Assembly (NCBI RefSeq): GCF_058153355.1
Contig: NZ_CM177019.1
Length of the DNA: 64,000 nt
Direction: 5' to 3' (one strand)
This document shows, piece by piece, positions 33,765 through 43,480 of this stretch. The notes beneath the pieces were generated by a model. That model had not been told where the DNA came from. It saw only the letters and a program-made list of their open reading frames with translations, and ran no database searches. How positions within the stretch are numbered: the stretch's first letter is position 1; the number at the start of each line of letters is the position of its first letter. Made by a program: the position numbers and the translations under genes.

Positions 33765-35210
33765 ATGGAACTTCGAAATAAGAAATTAACCCATGACGAA
33801 TTCATGACCGAGCGGCAACAGGTATTGAAAACCTGGGAAACCGGCAAGGATGTTGAAAACTTTGAAGATGGCGTTAAATACCAACAAACCATTCCTGAGC
33901 ATAAACGCTTCTCTCATGCCCTGCTGAAAGCAGACAAGGAAGGTAAAACCCTTAGCCAACCGCGCGCAGGCGTGGCGCTGATGGACGAACACATCGAACT
34001 ACTGAAAACACTACAAGAAGAGTGCGATCTGCTGCCGAGCACTATCGATGCATATACCCGTCTGAATCGGTACGAAGAAGCGGCTGTAGGGATTAAAAAA
34101 TCCATCGAAGCCAGAACCTCTAAACTGAACGGTTTACCGGTAGTTAACCACGGCGTCGCAGCTTGCCGTCGCCTCACCGAAACTCTGCAAAAACCGCTAC
34201 AGATCCGCCACGGCACGCCAGATGCGCGTCTGCTGGCTGAAATCTCGATGGCCAGCGGCTTTACCAGTTATGAAGGCGGCGGCATTTCCTACAATATTCC
34301 GTATGCCAAGCGCGTAACGCTGGAAAAATCGATCCGCGACTGGCAGTACTGCGACCGTTTAATGGGGATGTATGAAGAACACGGGATCCGCATCAACCGC
34401 GAACCGTTTGGCCCACTAACGGGTACGCTGATCCCGCCGTTTATCTCGCACTCTATCGCGATAATCGAAGGCTTGCTGGCACTGGAACAGGGTGTGAAAT
34501 CTATTACCGTTGGTTATGGACAGGTCGGCAGCCTGACGCAGGATGTCGCGGCGATCCAGTCTCTGCGTGAACTTGCACACGAATACTTTCAGAGCTATGG
34601 CTATACCGACTATGAATTAAGTACCGTATTTCACCAGTGGATGGGCGGCTTTCCGGAGGACGAATCGAAAGCGTTCGCCATTATCTCCTGGGGTGCTGCC
34701 GTCGCGGGGATGTCTGGTGCTACCAAAGTCATCACCAAAAGTCCGCACGAAGCCTGGGGCATCCCGACTGCTGCTGCCAACATTCAGGGGCTAAAAGCCT
34801 CCCGCCAGATGCTCAACATGGTCAACGAGCAGAAATTCCCGCCGTGCCCGGCGGTTGAACTGGAAATTGAACTGATTAAGAGCGAGGTTCGCGCTGTACT
34901 GAACAAAGTGTTCGAACTGGGTAATGGTGATATTGCGCGCGGTACGGTGCTGGCATTTGAAGCGGGCGTACTGGATGTACCGTTTGCCCCAGCCGCCTGC
35001 AACGCAGGCAAAATTCTTCCGGTCCGTGACAACACCGGCGCGATACGCGTACTGGAAGCCGGAGCCGTTCCATTGCCAAAAGATATTCTCGACCTCCACC
35101 ACGATTACGTTGCTGAACGCGCACGCTTTGAAGGACGCCAACCGACATTCCAGATGGTTGTAGATGACATCAATGCTGTATCCCACAGTAAATTAATAGG
35201 AAGACCATAA
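33765..35210 (+). CDS. glutamate mutase epsilon (E) catalytic subunit
   Basis: 481-aa ORF; size and position (S-L-E-methylaspartase order) match the clostridial glutamate mutase operon as recalled. Confidence 0.8.
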   Translation: MELRNKKLTHDEFMTERQQVLKTWETGKDVENFEDGVKYQQTIPEHKRFSHALLKADKEGKTLSQPRAGVALMDEHIELLKTLQEECDLLPSTIDAYTRLNRYEEAAVGIKKSIEARTSKLNGLPVVNHGVAACRRLTETLQKPLQIRHGTPDARLLAEISMASGFTSYEGGGISYNIPYAKRVTLEKSIRDWQYCDRLMGMYEEHGIRINREPFGPLTGTLIPPFISHSIAIIEGLLALEQGVKSITVGYGQVGSLTQDVAAIQSLRELAHEYFQSYGYTDYELSTVFHQWMGGFPEDESKAFAIISWGAAVAGMSGATKVITKSPHEAWGIPTAAANIQGLKASRQMLNMVNEQKFPPCPAVELEIELIKSEVRAVLNKVFELGNGDIARGTVLAFEAGVLDVPFAPAACNAGKILPVRDNTGAIRVLEAGAVPLPKDILDLHHDYVAERARFEGRQPTFQMVVDDINAVSHSKLIGRP

Positions 35211-36451
35211 TGAAAATAAAACAGGCCCTTTTCACCGCTGGCTACTCTTCATTCTATTTCGATGACCAGCAGGCGATAAAAAACGGAGCGGGTCACGACG
35301 GCTTTTTTTATACCGGAGAGCCGGTAACACAGGGGTTTAACGCCGTACGTCAGGCCGGGGAGTGCGTTTCGGTTCAGTTGATTCTGGAAAACGGTGCGGT
35401 CGCCGTAGGCGACTGTGCTGCCGTACAGTATTCCGGGGCAGGCGGTCGCGATCCACTGTTCCTCGCAGAGCACTTTATTCCGTTCCTCAACGACCATATC
35501 AAGCCATTACTGGTAGGCCGCGATGTGGATGCTTTCCTGCCGAATGCCCGTTTCTTCGACAAATTGCGTATTGACGGAAACTTGCTGCATACCGCCGTAC
35601 GTTACGGATTATCACAGGCGCTGCTTGATGCTACCGCGCTGGCAACCGGCCGTCTAAAAACTGAAGTGGTCTGTGATGAATGGCAGTTGCCACGCGTGGC
35701 GGAATCCATTCCATTATTTGGTCAGAGCGGCGACGATCGATATATCGCTGTCGATAAGATGATCCTTAAGGGCATCGACGTGCTACCTCATGCGCTGATT
35801 AATAACGTCGAAGAGAAACTGGGCTTTAAAGGAGAAAAACTGCGCGAATATGTCCGTTGGCTATCCGATCGGATTCTAAGCAAACGCACCAGCGCACGCT
35901 ACCACCCTACCCTGCACATCGATGTATACGGCACTATTGGTCTGATCTTCGATATGGATCCGCTTCGCTGTGCGCAATACATCGCCAGTCTGGAAAAAGA
36001 GGCGCAAGGCCTGCCGCTCTACATTGAGGGGCCGGTCGATGCCGGTAACAAGCCCGATCAAATTCGCCTGCTGACCGCGATTACCAAAGAGCTGACGCGC
36101 CTCGGTTCCGGCGTGAAAATTGTGGCCGATGAATGGTGTAACACCTACCAGGATATTGTTGATTTCACTGATGCCGCCAGTTGCCACATGGTGCAAATCA
36201 AAACCCCGGATCTGGGCAGTATTCACAACATCGTCGATGCAGTTCTTTATTGCAACAGCCACAGCATGGAAGCGTACCAGGGCGGCACCTGCAATGAAAC
36301 CGATGTCAGCGCCCGCACGTGTGTCCACGTCGCCCTTGCCGCTCGCCCTATGCGTATGCTGGTAAAACCGGGGATGGGCTTTGACGAAGGCCTCGATATC
36401 GTCTTCAACGAAATGAATCGTACTATCGCGCTGTTGCAGGCTAAGGATTAA
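35210..36451 (+). CDS. mal: 3-methylaspartate ammonia-lyase (methylaspartase)
   Basis: 413-aa ORF MKIKQALFTAGYSSFYFDDQQAIKNGAGHDGFFYTGEPVT...; strong resemblance to recalled clostridial/Citrobacter methylaspartase (same length; conserved HMVQIKTPDLG, NETN and KPGMG blocks); TAATG overlap with E subunit. Confidence 0.9.
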   Translation: MKIKQALFTAGYSSFYFDDQQAIKNGAGHDGFFYTGEPVTQGFNAVRQAGECVSVQLILENGAVAVGDCAAVQYSGAGGRDPLFLAEHFIPFLNDHIKPLLVGRDVDAFLPNARFFDKLRIDGNLLHTAVRYGLSQALLDATALATGRLKTEVVCDEWQLPRVAESIPLFGQSGDDRYIAVDKMILKGIDVLPHALINNVEEKLGFKGEKLREYVRWLSDRILSKRTSARYHPTLHIDVYGTIGLIFDMDPLRCAQYIASLEKEAQGLPLYIEGPVDAGNKPDQIRLLTAITKELTRLGSGVKIVADEWCNTYQDIVDFTDAASCHMVQIKTPDLGSIHNIVDAVLYCNSHSMEAYQGGTCNETDVSARTCVHVALAARPMRMLVKPGMGFDEGLDIVFNEMNRTIALLQAKD

Positions 36452-36454
36452 CAA

Positions 36455-37825
36455 ATGGCTCGTTCTTTTAAAGTCTTATCGCCAACGGCAATCCTCGGGT
36501 ATGGATTCCCGGAAGAGAGCTTCCGCAAAGCGATGGCAGAATCGCCCGATCTGATCGCCGTTGATGCAGGCTCTTCCGATCCTGGCCCCCACTACCTCGG
36601 GGCGGGCAAACCGTTTACCGATCGCGCAGGGGTCAAACGCGATCTACGCTATATGATCACCGCAGGCGTGCAAAATAATATACCGGTGGTGATCGGAACG
36701 GCCGGCGGTTCTGGTGCAGCTCCACACCTGGAGTGGTGCCGAGAAATAATTCATGAGATTGCCCGGGAAGAGCACCTCGCGTTCTCGATGGCGCTGATCC
36801 CGGCAGACGTTGACAAAGCCATCGTCCACCAGGCGCTGGATAACGGCAAAATCACGGCGCTGGATTTTGTCCCGCCGTTAACCCACGACGCGATTGACGA
36901 AAGTACGTATATCGTCGCGCAAATGGGCGTCGAACCCTTCCAGCAGGCGCTGAAAGAAGGCGCGCAAGTGGTGCTGGGCGGGCGCGCTTACGACCCGGCC
37001 TGCTTTGCTGCGCTACCGATCATGCAAGGCTTTGATGAAGGTCTGGCGCTGCATTGTGGGAAAATCCTTGAATGCGCGGCAATCGCCGCAACGCCCGGCT
37101 CAGGCTCTGACTGTGCGATGGGCATCATTGATGACAACGGCTTTACGCTGAAGACATTTAATCCGAAGCGTAAATTTACCGAAACGTCAGCGGCTGCACA
37201 CACACTGTATGAGAAATCCGATCCCTACTTCCTGCCAGGACCTGGCGGCGTGTTGAACCTGAAAGGTTGCACATTTAAAGCGATCAATGATGGCGAAGTT
37301 TACGTCAGCGGTTCTAAGCATGAAGAAACGCCCTATGCCCTGAAACTGGAAGGTGCGCGGCGGGTGGGTTTCCGCTGTTTGACCATCGCCGGAACGCGCG
37401 ACCCGATCATGATCGCCGGGATCGATAACATCATCGATGAAGTCAAAACCAGCGTTTCGCGTAATCTGTCCTTAGACGATGACAGCATTCGCATCAATTT
37501 CCACCTGTACGGCAAAAACGGGGTGATGGGTAACCATGAACCGATGCAAACTGCCGGGCATGAGCTGGGGATTGTCCTTGATGTAGTTGCACCGACCCAG
37601 GAAATTGCCAACAGCGTTTGCTCGCTGGTGCGCTCTACCATGCTGCACTACGGCTATGAAAACCGCATCGCTACCGCAGGCAACCTGGCGTTCCCGTTCT
37701 CCCCTTCTGATATCCAGGGCGGGCCGGTATACGAATTTTCCATATATCACCTGATTGAAGCCAACGACGCTCTGCGTTTTGATTTCCATATTGAACAGGT
37801 GACGCCAGAAGGAGTTCAGGCATGA
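36455..37825 (+). CDS. conserved protein of unknown function, DUF1446 (AtuA-like), 456 aa
   Basis: ORF starts 4 nt after methylaspartase stop; family assignment from memory of AtuA-like proteins, not from a search. Confidence 0.6.
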   Translation: MARSFKVLSPTAILGYGFPEESFRKAMAESPDLIAVDAGSSDPGPHYLGAGKPFTDRAGVKRDLRYMITAGVQNNIPVVIGTAGGSGAAPHLEWCREIIHEIAREEHLAFSMALIPADVDKAIVHQALDNGKITALDFVPPLTHDAIDESTYIVAQMGVEPFQQALKEGAQVVLGGRAYDPACFAALPIMQGFDEGLALHCGKILECAAIAATPGSGSDCAMGIIDDNGFTLKTFNPKRKFTETSAAAHTLYEKSDPYFLPGPGGVLNLKGCTFKAINDGEVYVSGSKHEETPYALKLEGARRVGFRCLTIAGTRDPIMIAGIDNIIDEVKTSVSRNLSLDDDSIRINFHLYGKNGVMGNHEPMQTAGHELGIVLDVVAPTQEIANSVCSLVRSTMLHYGYENRIATAGNLAFPFSPSDIQGGPVYEFSIYHLIEANDALRFDFHIEQVTPEGVQA

Positions 37826-38139
37826 AACAGTCAATTGTCTCACTGGCGCAAGTCATTCGTTCGAAAAATGCCGGACCTTACGAACTGGTTTTAGATATTT
37901 TATTTAAAACGAAAGAAAACTATGAGCGAGTAAAATCATCAGGGCAATTAACCCCAGAACTGATTGCGCGCTTATATCATGTTGAACCTGACTTTATTCA
38001 TCGTATTGTCTGGTTTGATCCTTCTAACGCAGTAAAAATTGTCATGCCACGAGATATTATCTCCGGGAATGTAGGTGACAATGATGTCTATGGCGCACAG
38101 CAACATGCACCTTTATTAAATATGAGTTTCGATTTGTAA
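37822..38139 (+). CDS. small conserved protein, DUF4387-like partner, 105 aa
   Basis: ATGA overlap with the preceding ORF; AT-rich; DUF1446/DUF4387 pairing is from memory. Confidence 0.5.
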   Translation: MKQSIVSLAQVIRSKNAGPYELVLDILFKTKENYERVKSSGQLTPELIARLYHVEPDFIHRIVWFDPSNAVKIVMPRDIISGNVGDNDVYGAQQHAPLLNMSFDL

Positions 38140-38225
38140 AAATCCGAACACTTTTAGCCAACTGACATCCCGTCACTTATTGCAGCTCAACACTTCAGCT
38201 ATTTGTAAGGTTGTTATAGCAGGTA

Positions 38226-38251
38226 GATGCCTGAATCTCTATTCAGGCATC
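38226..38251 (+). other. perfect 11-bp-stem hairpin between the DUF4387-like gene and the transporter
   Basis: gatgcctgaat-ctct-attcaggcatc; followed by pyrimidine-rich sequence but no clean T-run. Confidence 0.4.
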
Positions 38252-38299
38252 CACTTCTCCTGATTCTGATTTATCGCCGTGCACCTGATGGAGGAAAAA

Positions 38300-39580
38300 A
38301 TGAAGAAAATAAGTTTAACCACGATGATTCTTTTGGCGCTGGTACTTGGAATGATTATCGGCGTAGTGCTCAATAACACTGCTTCACCGGAAACAGCAAA
38401 ACTCTATGCGCAAGAAATATCGATATTCACGACGATTTTCTTACGACTGATAAAAATGATTATCGCTCCGTTAGTGGTCTCTACCCTGGTGGTAGGTATT
38501 GCTAAAATGGGCGATGCCAAAGCCCTTGGTCGTATTTTTTCTAAAACACTCTTTTTATTTATTTGCGCCTCATTGCTGTCAATTGCCTTAGGCTTGATAA
38601 CGGTAAATTTCTTCATGCCAGGCACAGGAATTAATTTTGTTGCACACGGTGCCGAAACCACCGGAGTGGTCGCGTCAGAACCCTTTACACTAAAAGTATT
38701 TATTTCGCATGCTTTCCCCACCAGCATTGTCGATGCCATGGCGCACAATGAAATTTTGCAAATCGTGGTGTTCTCAATTTTCCTCGGCTGTAGCCTGACG
38801 GCGATTGGTGAGAAAGGCAGCGCCATCGTTCACGCCTTAGATTCGCTGGCACATGCCATGTTAAAGCTCACTGGCTACGTCATGCTCTTCGCTCCCCTGA
38901 CCGTATTCGCCGCTATTTCAGCATTGATTGCTGAACGAGGACTGGCAGTTATGGTGAGCGCCGGGATCTTTATGGGTGAATTTTATTTCACCATGTTATT
39001 ACTTTGGGTGCTGCTTATCGGTCTGGCCATCGTTTATGTCGGCCCCTGCATCAGACGCCTGACCCGCGCCCTTTCAGAACCCGCCCTGCTGGCATTTACC
39101 ACATCCAGTTCTGAAGCTGCTTTTCCGGGAACGCTTGAAAAACTGGAGCAATTTGGCGTTTCCCCCAAAATTGCCAGCTTTGTCTTACCCATTGGCTACT
39201 CATTTAATCTCGTTGGATCAATGGCCTACTGCTCCTTCGCCACAGTTTTCATCGCCCAGGCCTGCAATATCCATTTATCCATCGGTGAGCAAATCACCAT
39301 GCTGTTGATCCTGATGTTGACCTCGAAAGGAATGGCTGGCGTACCACGCGCCTCAATGGTGGTTATCGCCGCCACGCTCAACCAGTTCAATATTCCGGAA
39401 GCGGGGCTGATCTTGCTGATGGGCGTTGATCCGTTCCTTGATATGGGGCGTTCCGCGACAAACGTCATGAGCAACGCAATGGGCGCTGCGATGGTGAGTC
39501 GGTGGGAAGGCGAACATTTCGGCGAGGGTTGTCGGGGTAAAGCATTAAAACCCAATGAATCGAACGTTGCTCTGCCCTGA
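38300..39580 (+). CDS. dicarboxylate/amino acid:cation symporter (DAACS)-family transporter
   Basis: ORF 38279..39580; start at ATG 38300 (GGAGG 5 nt upstream); polytopic membrane protein resembling GltP/DctA-type symporters. Confidence 0.7.
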   Translation: MKKISLTTMILLALVLGMIIGVVLNNTASPETAKLYAQEISIFTTIFLRLIKMIIAPLVVSTLVVGIAKMGDAKALGRIFSKTLFLFICASLLSIALGLITVNFFMPGTGINFVAHGAETTGVVASEPFTLKVFISHAFPTSIVDAMAHNEILQIVVFSIFLGCSLTAIGEKGSAIVHALDSLAHAMLKLTGYVMLFAPLTVFAAISALIAERGLAVMVSAGIFMGEFYFTMLLLWVLLIGLAIVYVGPCIRRLTRALSEPALLAFTTSSSEAAFPGTLEKLEQFGVSPKIASFVLPIGYSFNLVGSMAYCSFATVFIAQACNIHLSIGEQITMLLILMLTSKGMAGVPRASMVVIAATLNQFNIPEAGLILLMGVDPFLDMGRSATNVMSNAMGAAMVSRWEGEHFGEGCRGKALKPNESNVALP

Positions 39581-39687
39581 GGGAGATCTTAAGCAATCAG
39601 AAGCCAATGACTACGCATTTTTATAAGCCGGATCATGAAGTTAGACGGCAATTAAGTAACACTAACGTTTAAGGTGAAAAGTGAAAT

Positions 39688-41340
39688 ATGTCCAAACCAT
39701 TTATCTGGCAAGAACCGTTTCTACAAAATAAAGACGGTACAGAATATACATTAATTAGCGATCAACATATTACAGTAACGGAATTAGACGGCGAAGAAGT
39801 AATAAAAATCGCTCCTGAAGCATTAACGCTGCTTGCCCGGCAGGCATTTTATGAAGCCTCTTTTTTCTTACGTTCCGCTCATTTGCAACAGGTCGCCAGC
39901 ATTCTTAACGATCCGCAGGCCAGCAGTAATGATAAATACGTTGCGTTGCAGTTATTACGTAATGCTGAAGTCTCAGCAAAAGGGGTATTACCCAACTGTC
40001 AGGATACCGGCACCGCAACTATTGTTGCCAGTAAAGGGCAACAGATATGGACCGGAGGCAACGACGCCGAAGCCTTAAGCAAAGGCATTTACACCACTTT
40101 TCAGGAAAATAATTTGCGCTTTTCACAAAATGCGCCGCTGGATATGTATACCGAAGTCAATACGTACACCAATCTACCGGCGCAGATTGATATCAGCGCC
40201 GTCGCTGGTGATGAGTACCATTTTCTCTGTATTAATAAAGGGGGCGGCTCCGCCAATAAAGCCGCACTTTATCAGGAAACCAAATCCTTATTGCAACCAG
40301 AAAAACTGACCGCATTTTTAATCGAAAAAATGAAATCGCTGGGCACCGCTGCCTGCCCGCCTTACCACATCGCCTTTGTCGTCGGAGGGCTTTCAGCCGA
40401 TCAAACCTTAAAAGTTGCCAAGCTGGCCTCTACGAAATATTACGACAATTTGCCCACCAGCGGAAACGAGCAGGGACAAGCATTCCGTGATATTGAGCTG
40501 GAAAAAGCGTTGCTCGAAGCCAGTCAGCAATTTGGTATTGGTGCGCAATTTGGGGGTAAATATTTCGCTCATGATATTCGCGTCATTCGTCTGCCGCGTC
40601 ACGGTGGCTCCTGCCCGATAGCTATGGCGCTCTCCTGTTCTGCCGATCGCAATATCAAAGCAAAAATTAACAAGCATGGTATCTGGCTGGAAAAACTCGA
40701 ACACAATCCGGGGCAATATATTCCAGCCTCACTGCGGGAAGAAAATCACGCGCAACATGTACAGCTGGATCTAAACCGTCCGTTGCGTGACGTGATGCAG
40801 GATCTCGCCAGATTACCGGTAGGCACCCGCGTGTCGTTAAGTGGTCCCATCGTAGTGGCGCGCGATATCGCCCACGCCAAAATAAAAGCGCGGCTGGATA
40901 GCGGCGAATCGATGCCGGATTATCTGAAGCATCATATTGTCTATTACGCTGGCCCGGCGAAAACACCGGAGAACATGGCCTGCGGTTCACTGGGTCCAAC
41001 CACGGGCGGTCGAATGGACGGTTATGTCGAAACCTTCCAGGCGGCTGGCGGCAGTCTGGTAATGTTATCGAAAGGTAACCGCAGCCAGCAGGTCACCGAT
41101 GCCTGTCACAAACATGGCGGCTTCAATCTGGGAAGTATTGGCGGTGCAGCTGCGTTACTGGCGCAAGAATATGTCAAAAGTCTGCGTTGCCTGGAATACC
41201 CGGAGCTGGGTATGGAAGCGGTGTGGATGATGGAAGTGGAAAATCTGCCCGCATTCATCCTGGTCGATGATAAAGGCAATAATTTCTTTAGTCAGTTTGA
41301 GCAGCAACACCGCTGCGCCAGTTGCCCTGCGGGACATTAA
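39688..41340 (+). CDS. fumD: class I (Fe-S) fumarate hydratase paralog, probable mesaconase/fumarase
   Basis: 550-aa ORF colinear with E. coli FumA/FumB as recalled ([70 protein letters not shown]); symbol fumD is from memory of the O157:H7 mesaconase. Confidence 0.8.
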   Translation: MSKPFIWQEPFLQNKDGTEYTLISDQHITVTELDGEEVIKIAPEALTLLARQAFYEASFFLRSAHLQQVASILNDPQASSNDKYVALQLLRNAEVSAKGVLPNCQDTGTATIVASKGQQIWTGGNDAEALSKGIYTTFQENNLRFSQNAPLDMYTEVNTYTNLPAQIDISAVAGDEYHFLCINKGGGSANKAALYQETKSLLQPEKLTAFLIEKMKSLGTAACPPYHIAFVVGGLSADQTLKVAKLASTKYYDNLPTSGNEQGQAFRDIELEKALLEASQQFGIGAQFGGKYFAHDIRVIRLPRHGGSCPIAMALSCSADRNIKAKINKHGIWLEKLEHNPGQYIPASLREENHAQHVQLDLNRPLRDVMQDLARLPVGTRVSLSGPIVVARDIAHAKIKARLDSGESMPDYLKHHIVYYAGPAKTPENMACGSLGPTTGGRMDGYVETFQAAGGSLVMLSKGNRSQQVTDACHKHGGFNLGSIGGAAALLAQEYVKSLRCLEYPELGMEAVWMMEVENLPAFILVDDKGNNFFSQFEQQHRCASCPAGH

Positions 41341-41349
41341 GGAAAATGA

Positions 41350-41952
41350 ATGGAAGCGCGAATTTCAACTGAACGGCATGTGCAGCGCCAGCAGAAATTG
41401 AAGGAACAGGTCGATACGCGCGTCGCGGCGGCGATAGAGAAAAAAGGGATCTTGATTGTTTTCACCGGCAACGGCAAAGGGAAATCCACTGCCGCGTTTG
41501 GTACTGTGACGCGCGCGGTGGGTCATGGCAAAACGGTGGGGGTTGCGCAGTACATCAAGGGGCAATGGGACAACGGCGAATACAACCTTCTCCAGCCGCT
41601 GGGGGTTGAGTTTCATATTATGGGAACCGGTTTTACCTGGGAGACTCAGAACCGGCAAGCGGATATCGACGCGGCGAAAGAGGTCTGGTCGGAAAGCAAA
41701 CGGATGCTGGCTGACAAGCGTTACGACTTAGTGGTGCTTGATGAGCTGACCTATATGCTGGCTTACCATTATCTGGACACCGAAGAAGTGATCACTTCTC
41801 TGCAAAACCGCCCGGCACAACAAAGTGTCATTGTCACCGGACGCAGTTGCCACAGTCAGATATTAAAAATGGCGGATACGGTCAGCGAAATCCGCCCCGT
41901 CAAACATGCTTTTGATAACGGCATTCAGGCGCAGCCGGGTATCGACTGGTAA
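41350..41952 (+). CDS. cob(I)alamin adenosyltransferase (CobA/BtuR family)
   Basis: 200-aa ORF with P-loop GNGKGKST and close resemblance to E. coli BtuR as recalled (VFTGNGKGK.TAAFGT.TRAVGHGK, LDELTYM, ELRPVKHAF). Confidence 0.85.
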   Translation: MEARISTERHVQRQQKLKEQVDTRVAAAIEKKGILIVFTGNGKGKSTAAFGTVTRAVGHGKTVGVAQYIKGQWDNGEYNLLQPLGVEFHIMGTGFTWETQNRQADIDAAKEVWSESKRMLADKRYDLVVLDELTYMLAYHYLDTEEVITSLQNRPAQQSVIVTGRSCHSQILKMADTVSEIRPVKHAFDNGIQAQPGIDW

Positions 41953-41985
41953 TAACTGCGCCTGGCATCCCGCCAGGCGCAGGTT

Positions 41986-42891
41986 TTACATCTCCTGCGG
42001 TACGACCGATTTCGCCAGCAACCATTCACGAAATTGCTGCAAGTGCGGCGAGTCAGACTTCTCTTCCTGCCACGTCATAATAAAACGATTACCGGTACGA
42101 ATAGGCACATCACAGGGAATCACCATATCGCCACTATCCAAATCATGTTGAATAGCGAACCGTGGTAACAGCGCCACGCCGAGATTAGAGCGCACGGCGG
42201 CAATCAGCATTGAAAGCAAATCGAAACGTGGTCCGTTATTGACCAGCGGACTGCTAACGCCAGATAAAGCAAACCACTCTTCCCAGCCAGTAATACGGGT
42301 GCTTTGATGCAGAAGTGGTAACTCAGTAAGCAGTTCTGCCACTGAAAGTTTTTGATCGGACATTGCAAGCAAACTGCCGCTGCATACCGGCAAAATCTCC
42401 TCTTCAAAGAGATATTCTACTTCCGCCCAGGGCGCGCAAAAATTTTCGCGCATAATGACAGCATCGTACTCCCGATTAAGAAAATCGCCGTTATTAGCTA
42501 AAGAATGAATATTAACAATAATATCGGGATGTAACTTTGTGAATTCATGTAAATTTGGGATTAACCAGTGGGTACTAAACGTAGGATTAACGGCAAGTTC
42601 AATAACCTGAACCGTAGGCTGCCAGGTCATAATCGTATTGGTATCGCGTTCCAGCTTATTTAATGTTTCTTTTACTATCCCCAGGTAATACTTCCCTGCA
42701 TCATTAAGAAAAATGCGTTTTTTAGAGTGTGAAAATAGCGGAGTATGTAAAAATTCCTCCAGCGCACTTACTTGTCTGAATACAGCACTTTGGGTTAACG
42801 CTAACTCCTCTGCCGCTCTGGTATAGCTTTCATGACGTGCGACGACCTCAAAAGTCACCAGCAGCTCCGTTTTAGGTATTTTTCCTCGCAT
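41986..42891 (-). CDS. LysR-family transcriptional regulator
   Basis: ORF 41986..42921; start set at internal Met (MRGKIPKTELLVTFEVVARHESYTRAAEELALTQSAVFRQVSALEE, LysR HTH); 42921 is an alternative start; convergent with the adenosyltransferase gene, divergent from the RtcB-like gene. Confidence 0.8.
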   Translation of the reverse strand: MRGKIPKTELLVTFEVVARHESYTRAAEELALTQSAVFRQVSALEEFLHTPLFSHSKKRIFLNDAGKYYLGIVKETLNKLERDTNTIMTWQPTVQVIELAVNPTFSTHWLIPNLHEFTKLHPDIIVNIHSLANNGDFLNREYDAVIMRENFCAPWAEVEYLFEEEILPVCSGSLLAMSDQKLSVAELLTELPLLHQSTRITGWEEWFALSGVSSPLVNNGPRFDLLSMLIAAVRSNLGVALLPRFAIQHDLDSGDMVIPCDVPIRTGNRFIMTWQEEKSDSPHLQQFREWLLAKSVVPQEM

Positions 42892-43480
42892 AATGCCGTC
42901 CGTGAAAAAATAACAATTCAAAAATTATTTTATAAAAAACAGTAGCACTAATGAATATCATAATTCAAATAAACAAACCAGTCAGCTATATGTCTAACCA
43001 GGAAAATAAAGTGACAATAATCCTAAAACAGGAATTTCACCTCAGTTATCCGCATGCAATACTTTAAAGCTATTATTGCAAGAATATTATTCATATACAT
43101 GAATATACTCTAAATAAGTCAAGTTGCAGGAAGGGAACAAATAATGAATTTCCAGAAGCTTACATAAGTAAGTGACCTGGGTGAGCGAACATCGATGCAG
43201 CACATGCAACTTGAATTATGACAAGTATACAATGATAAATTTATATACCCTATGTTATATATTATCTATGTCCGGTTAGATTGAATGAGTCATAGCCTTA
43301 AAAGACTTCACAAAAGATAATTCCTCTTTAACAATAAGCCAGATTTACCACTTGTAAAACTTGCTATCGCCACATACACTACGCGCGTTTTCTTTCCCTT
43401 TTGCTGGCTGCTGACCGGAAAGACAAAATTACCCTCGCAATACAGGGGGTTGATTAACGTCTATATTTCAGGACAGCGTT

